Shown here: piece by piece, positions 60,301 to 64,000 of the stretch
How the letters are laid out: each line of letters starts with the position of its first letter
How positions within the stretch are numbered: the stretch's first letter is position 1
Assembly (NCBI GenBank): GCA_964016885.1
Contig: OZ024755.1
Coordinates: 31,434,001 to 31,498,000 of the forward strand
DNA: 64,000 bases
Source: Eledone cirrhosa
Lineage: Eukaryota
Direction of reading: 5' to 3'
Program-made: the position numbers and the translations under genes
Notes under the pieces: generated by a model
Database searches by the model: none
Seen by the model: only the letters and a program-made list of their open reading frames with translations
What the model was told of the DNA's origin: nothing

Positions 60301-63300
60301 GTACCGCATGTATGGGATGTGTAGCAACCTTCTGAAGGACTTGTACCCCATGTATGGGATGTGTAGCAACCTTCTGAAGGACTTGTACCCCATGTATGGG
60401 ATGTGCAGCAACCTTCTGAAGCACTTGTACCGCATGTATGGGATGTGTAGCAACCTTCTGAAGGACTTGTACCCCATGTATGGGATGTGCAGCAACCTTC
60501 TGAAGGAGTTGTACCCCATGTATGGGATGTGTAGCAACCTTCTGAAGGACTTGTACCCCATGTATGGGATGTGCAGCAACCTTCTGAAGGACTTGTACCC
60601 CATGTATGGGATGTGTAGCAACCTTCTGAATGACTTGTACCCCATGTATGGGATGTGTAGCAACCTTCTGATAAAATTGTACCCCATATATGGGATGTGC
60701 AGCAACCTTCTGAAGCACTTGTACCCCATGTATGGCATGTGTAGCAACCTTCTGAAGCACTTGTACCCCATGTATGGCATGTGTAGCAACCTTCTGAAGG
60801 ACTTGTACCACATGTATGGGATTTGTAGCAACCTCCTGAAGGACTTGAACCCCATGTATGGGATGTGTAGCAACCTTCTGAAGCACTTGTACCCCATGTA
60901 TGGCATGTGTAGCAACCTTCTGAAGCACTTGTACCCCATGTATGGCATGTGTAGTAACCTTCTGAAGGACTTGTACCCCATGTATGGGATGTGTAGCAAC
61001 CTTCTGAAGGACTTGTACCCATGTATGGGATGTGTAGCAACCTTCTGAAGAAATTGTACCCCATGTATGGGATGTGCAGCAACCTTCTGAAGCACTTGTA
61101 CCCCATGTATGGGATGTGTAGCAACCTTCTGAAGAACTTGTACCCCATGTATGGGATGTGCAGCAACCTTCTGAAGGACTTGTACCCCATGTATGGGATG
61201 TGCAGCAACCTTCTGAAGGACTTGTACCCCATGTATGGGATGTGCAGCAACCTTCTGAAGCACTTGTACCCCATGTATGGGATGTGTAGCAACCTTCTGA
61301 AGAAATTGTACCCCATGTATGGGATGTGTAGCAACCTTCTGAAGAAATTGTACCCCATGTATGGGATGTGCAGCAACCTTCTGAAGCACTTGTACCCCAT
61401 GTATGGGATGTGTAGCAACCTTCTGAAGGACTTGTACCCCATGTATGGGATGTGCAGCAACCTTCTGAAGGACTTGTACCCCATGTATGGGATTTGTAGC
61501 AACCTTCTGAAGGACTTGTACCCCATGTATGGGATGTGTAGCAACCTTCGGAATGACTTGTACCCCATGTATGGGATGTGCAGCAACCTTCTGAAGGACT
61601 TGTACCCCATGTATGGGATGTGTAGCAACCTTCTGAAGGACTTGTACCCCATGTATGGGATATGTAGCAACCTTCTGAAGAAATTGTACCCCATGTATGG
61701 GATGTGCAGCAACCTTCTGAAGGACTTGTACCCCATGTATGGGATGTGTAGCAACCTTCTGAAGCACTTGTACCCCATGTATGGGATGTGCAGCAACATT
61801 CTGAAGGACTTGTACCCCAAGAATGCGATATGTAGCAACCTTCTGAAGGACTTGTACCACATGTATGGGATGTGTAGCAACCTTCTGAAGAAATTGTACC
61901 CCATGTATGGGATGTGTAGCAACCTTCTGAAGAAATTGTACCCCATGTATGGGATGTGTAGCAACCTTCTGAAGGACTTGTACCCCATGTATGGGATGTG
62001 TAGCAACCTTCTGAATGACTTGTACCCCATGTATGGGATGTGCAGCAACCTTCTGAAGGACTTGTACCCCATGTATGGGTTGTGTAGCAACCTTCTGAAG
62101 GACTTGTACCCCATGTATGGGATGTGTAGCAACCTTCTGAAGAAATTGTACCCCATGTATGGGATGTGCAGCAACATTCTGAAGGACTTGTACCCCAAGA
62201 ATGGGATATGTAGCAACCTTCTGAAGGACTTGTACCACATGTATGGGATGTGTAGCAACCTTCTGAAGAAATTGTACCCCATGTATGGGATGTGTAGCAA
62301 CCTTCTGAAGAAATTGTACCCCATGTATGGGATGTGTAGCAACCTTCTGAAGGACTTGTACCCCATGTATGGGATGTGTAGCAACCTTCTGAATGACTTG
62401 TACCCCATGTATGGGATGTGTAGCAACCTTCTGATAAAATTGTACCCCATGAATGGGATGTGTAGCAACCTTCTGAAACACTTGTACCCCATGTATGGGA
62501 TGTGTAGCAACCTTCTGAAGAACTTGTACCCCATGTATGGGATATGTAGCAACCTTCTGAAGAACATGTACCCCATGTATGGGATGTGCAGCAACCTTCT
62601 GAAGGACTTGTACCCCATGTATGGGATGTGCAGCAACCTTCTGAAGGACTTGTACCCCATGTATGGGATGTGCAGCAACCTTCTGAAGGACTTGTACCCC
62701 ATGTATGGGATGTGTAGCAACCTTCTGAAGCACTTGTACCGCATGTATGGGATGTGTAGCAACCTTCTGAAGGACTTGTACCCCATGTATGGGATGTGCA
62801 GCAACCTTCTGAAGGACTTGTACCCCATGTATGGGATGTGCAGCAACCTTCTGAAGGACTTGTACCCCATGTATGGGATGTGTAGCAACCTTCTGAAGAA
62901 ATTGTACCCCATGTATGGGATGTGCAGCAACATTCTGAAGGACTTGTACCCCATGAATGGGATATGTAGCAACCTTCTGAAGGACTTGTACCCCATGTAT
63001 GGGATGTGTAGCAACCTTCTGAAGAAATTGTGCCCCATGTATGGGATGTGTAGCAACCTCCTGAAGGACTTGTACCCCATGTATGGGATGTGTAGCAACC
63101 TTCTGAAGCACTTGTACCCCATGTATGGGATATGTAGCAACCTTCTGAAGGACTTGTACCCCATGTATGGGATGTGTAGCAACCTTCTGAAGAAATTGTA
63201 CCCCATGTATGGGATGTGTAGCAACCTTCTGAAGCACTTGTACCCCATGTATGGGATGTGTAGCAACCTTCTGAAGGACTTGTACCCCATGTATGGGATG

Positions 63301-63710
63301 TGTAGCAACCTTCTGAAGGACTTGTACCCCATGTATGGGATGTGTAGCAACCTTCTGAAGCACTTGCACCCCATGTATGGGATGTGTAGCAACCTTCTGA
63401 AGGACTTGTACCCCATGTATGGGATGTGTAGCAATCTTCTGAAGGACTTGTACCCATGTATGGGATGTGTAGCAACCTTCTGAAGGACTTGTACCCCATG
63501 TATGGGATATGTAGCAACCTTCTGAAGGACTTGTACCCCATGTATGGGATGTGTAACAACCTTCTGAAGGACTTGTACCACATGTATGGGATGTGTAGTA
63601 ACCTTCTGAAGCACTTGTACCGCATGTATGGGATGTGTAGCAACCTTCTGAAGGACTTGTACCCCATGCATGGGATGTGTAGCAACCTTCTGAAGCACTT
63701 GTGCCCCGAC

Positions 63711-63869
63711 GTGTAGGCACCACGGAAAAAAAGCACCCAGCACTTACTGTAAATGAGATTGGTGTTAGGAAGGGCATCCAGCTGTAGAAATCAAGCCAGA
63801 ATCAGTTCCCGTAAGAGCAAGACAAGGTCAGCAAGCTTGGAAAATAGATGTAAAATAGTGATGATGATG
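63711..63869 (+). mobile_element. Degenerate 3' portion of a SINE/non-LTR retroposon, resembling cephalopod (octopus-type) SINE ends
   Basis: Seen in sequence: CACGGAAAAAAAGCACCCAG (63721-63740), TTGGTGTTAGGAAGGGCATCCAGCTGTAGAAA (63759-63790), GCAAGCTTGGAAAATAGATGTAAAAT (63831-63856), then TGATGATGATG. This motif order and tail match my recollection of abundant octopus SINE 3' ends. No database search was possible, so the family is unassigned. No Pol III A/B box is visible. Confidence 0.6.
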
Positions 63870-63885
63870 GTTTCTTAATGATGAT
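63859..63885 (+). repeat. Short (TGA)n microsatellite, probable retroposon tail
   Basis: TGATGATGATG at 63859-63869, with a further ATGATGAT at 63878-63885. Confidence 0.55.
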
Positions 63886-63944
63886 TAAGGAAATTAAATT
63901 TATATAATATTGTGGTCTTCTAATGAGGAGGGGGCCTTGTGGTG

Positions 63945-63994
63945 TGTAGGGAGTTGTGTGCCAGGGGGGGGGTGTCTTGTAAGGAGTTGTGTGC
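63945..63994. repeat. Two copies of a 17-bp G/T-rich direct repeat, 33 bp apart
   Basis: TGTAGGGAGTTGTGTGC (63945-63961) and TGTAAGGAGTTGTGTGC (63978-63994) match at 16/17, and each is followed by a G-rich run. Confidence 0.6.
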
Positions 63995-64000
63995 AGAGGG

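Larger units (their letters stand above)
1..63707. repeat. 42-bp tandem repeat array (satellite / very long minisatellite), ~1,519 monomers, single orientation, truncated by the left window edge
   Basis: Monomer ACCCCATGTATGGGATGTGTAGCAACCTTCTGAAGGACTTGT recurs without interruption, and most units have 0-3 substitutions. Positions 1 and 63661 are in the same phase. 1518x42 minus 96 equals 63660, which matches my hand tally of 101 one-base deletions and 5 one-base insertions. The last full unit is 63661-63702, followed by a partial unit GCCCC. Confidence 0.99.

Noticed and set aside
1760-63460. C4>C3 changes as mere long-read homopolymer errors
   Set aside because: They recur at identical positions in duplicated blocks and define sub-lineages. 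Short-read confirmation is still desirable.
1-63707. CRISPR array (palindromic repeats of similar size)
   Set aside because: There are no unique spacers, because the whole 42 bp is repeated. No leader or cas genes are present.
1-63707. Telomeric repeat or tandem tRNA/5S/snRNA genes
   Set aside because: The unit is not a short G-rich telomere motif, and it is too short for these RNA genes, with no cloverleaf or A/B boxes.
1-63707. 14-aa repeat as a leucine-rich repeat or C2H2 zinc-finger half-unit
   Set aside because: It fits neither LxxLxLxxN nor CxxC...HxxxH with a TGEKP linker in any frame.
1-63707. Variant pattern as a programmed information store (diversity-generating or cassette system)
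   Set aside because: The variant order is explained by duplication of pre-existing blocks. No template/variable pair, reverse transcriptase, recombinase or expression site is in the window.
6-63716. Plus-strand ORFs encoding (MYGMCSNLLKDLYP)n as genes
   Set aside because: They are pure translations of the monomer, broken by ~100 frameshifts and in-frame stops (~8808, 9018, 41096). There is no unique N- or C-terminal domain, and substitutions fall at all codon positions.
2641-63777. Giant minus-strand ORFs up to 5,964 aa as mucin-like or repeat proteins
   Set aside because: All three frames are open at once and each ORF switches among three unrelated peptides at every indel, as expected for a stop-free repeat strand. 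No domain or signal peptide is present.
63895-63912. TATATAA as a TATA box
   Set aside because: It is an isolated motif in a short AT-rich patch with no supported downstream gene.

Overview
About 99.5% of the window (1 to ~63707) is one uninterrupted head-to-tail tandem array of a 42-bp monomer, consensus ACCCCATGTATGGGATGTGTAGCAACCTTCTGAAGGACTTGT (20/42 GC, no CpG). My hand count is about 1,519 units, and the array is open at the left edge. The monomer carries two short palindromes and looks like a diverged dimer of a ~21-bp subunit. Rare variants show nested higher-order duplications with offsets of ~9.9-10.0 kb, 5,369 bp, 16,142 bp, 18,786 bp and 923 bp, plus several 126-378 bp local repeats, and two alternating variant 'domains'. 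The array stops abruptly and runs directly into ~150 bp that resembles, from memory and not from a search, the 3' end of an animal (cephalopod/octopus-type) SINE with a (TGA)n tail. A short G/T-rich stretch ends the window. I call no protein-coding gene. The ORF track is explained by the monomer being a multiple of 3 with no stop codon in 4 of 6 frames. There is no CRISPR array, RNA gene or enzyme system. The best candidate for something new is a young, possibly SINE-seeded, double-palindrome satellite with a readable expansion history.
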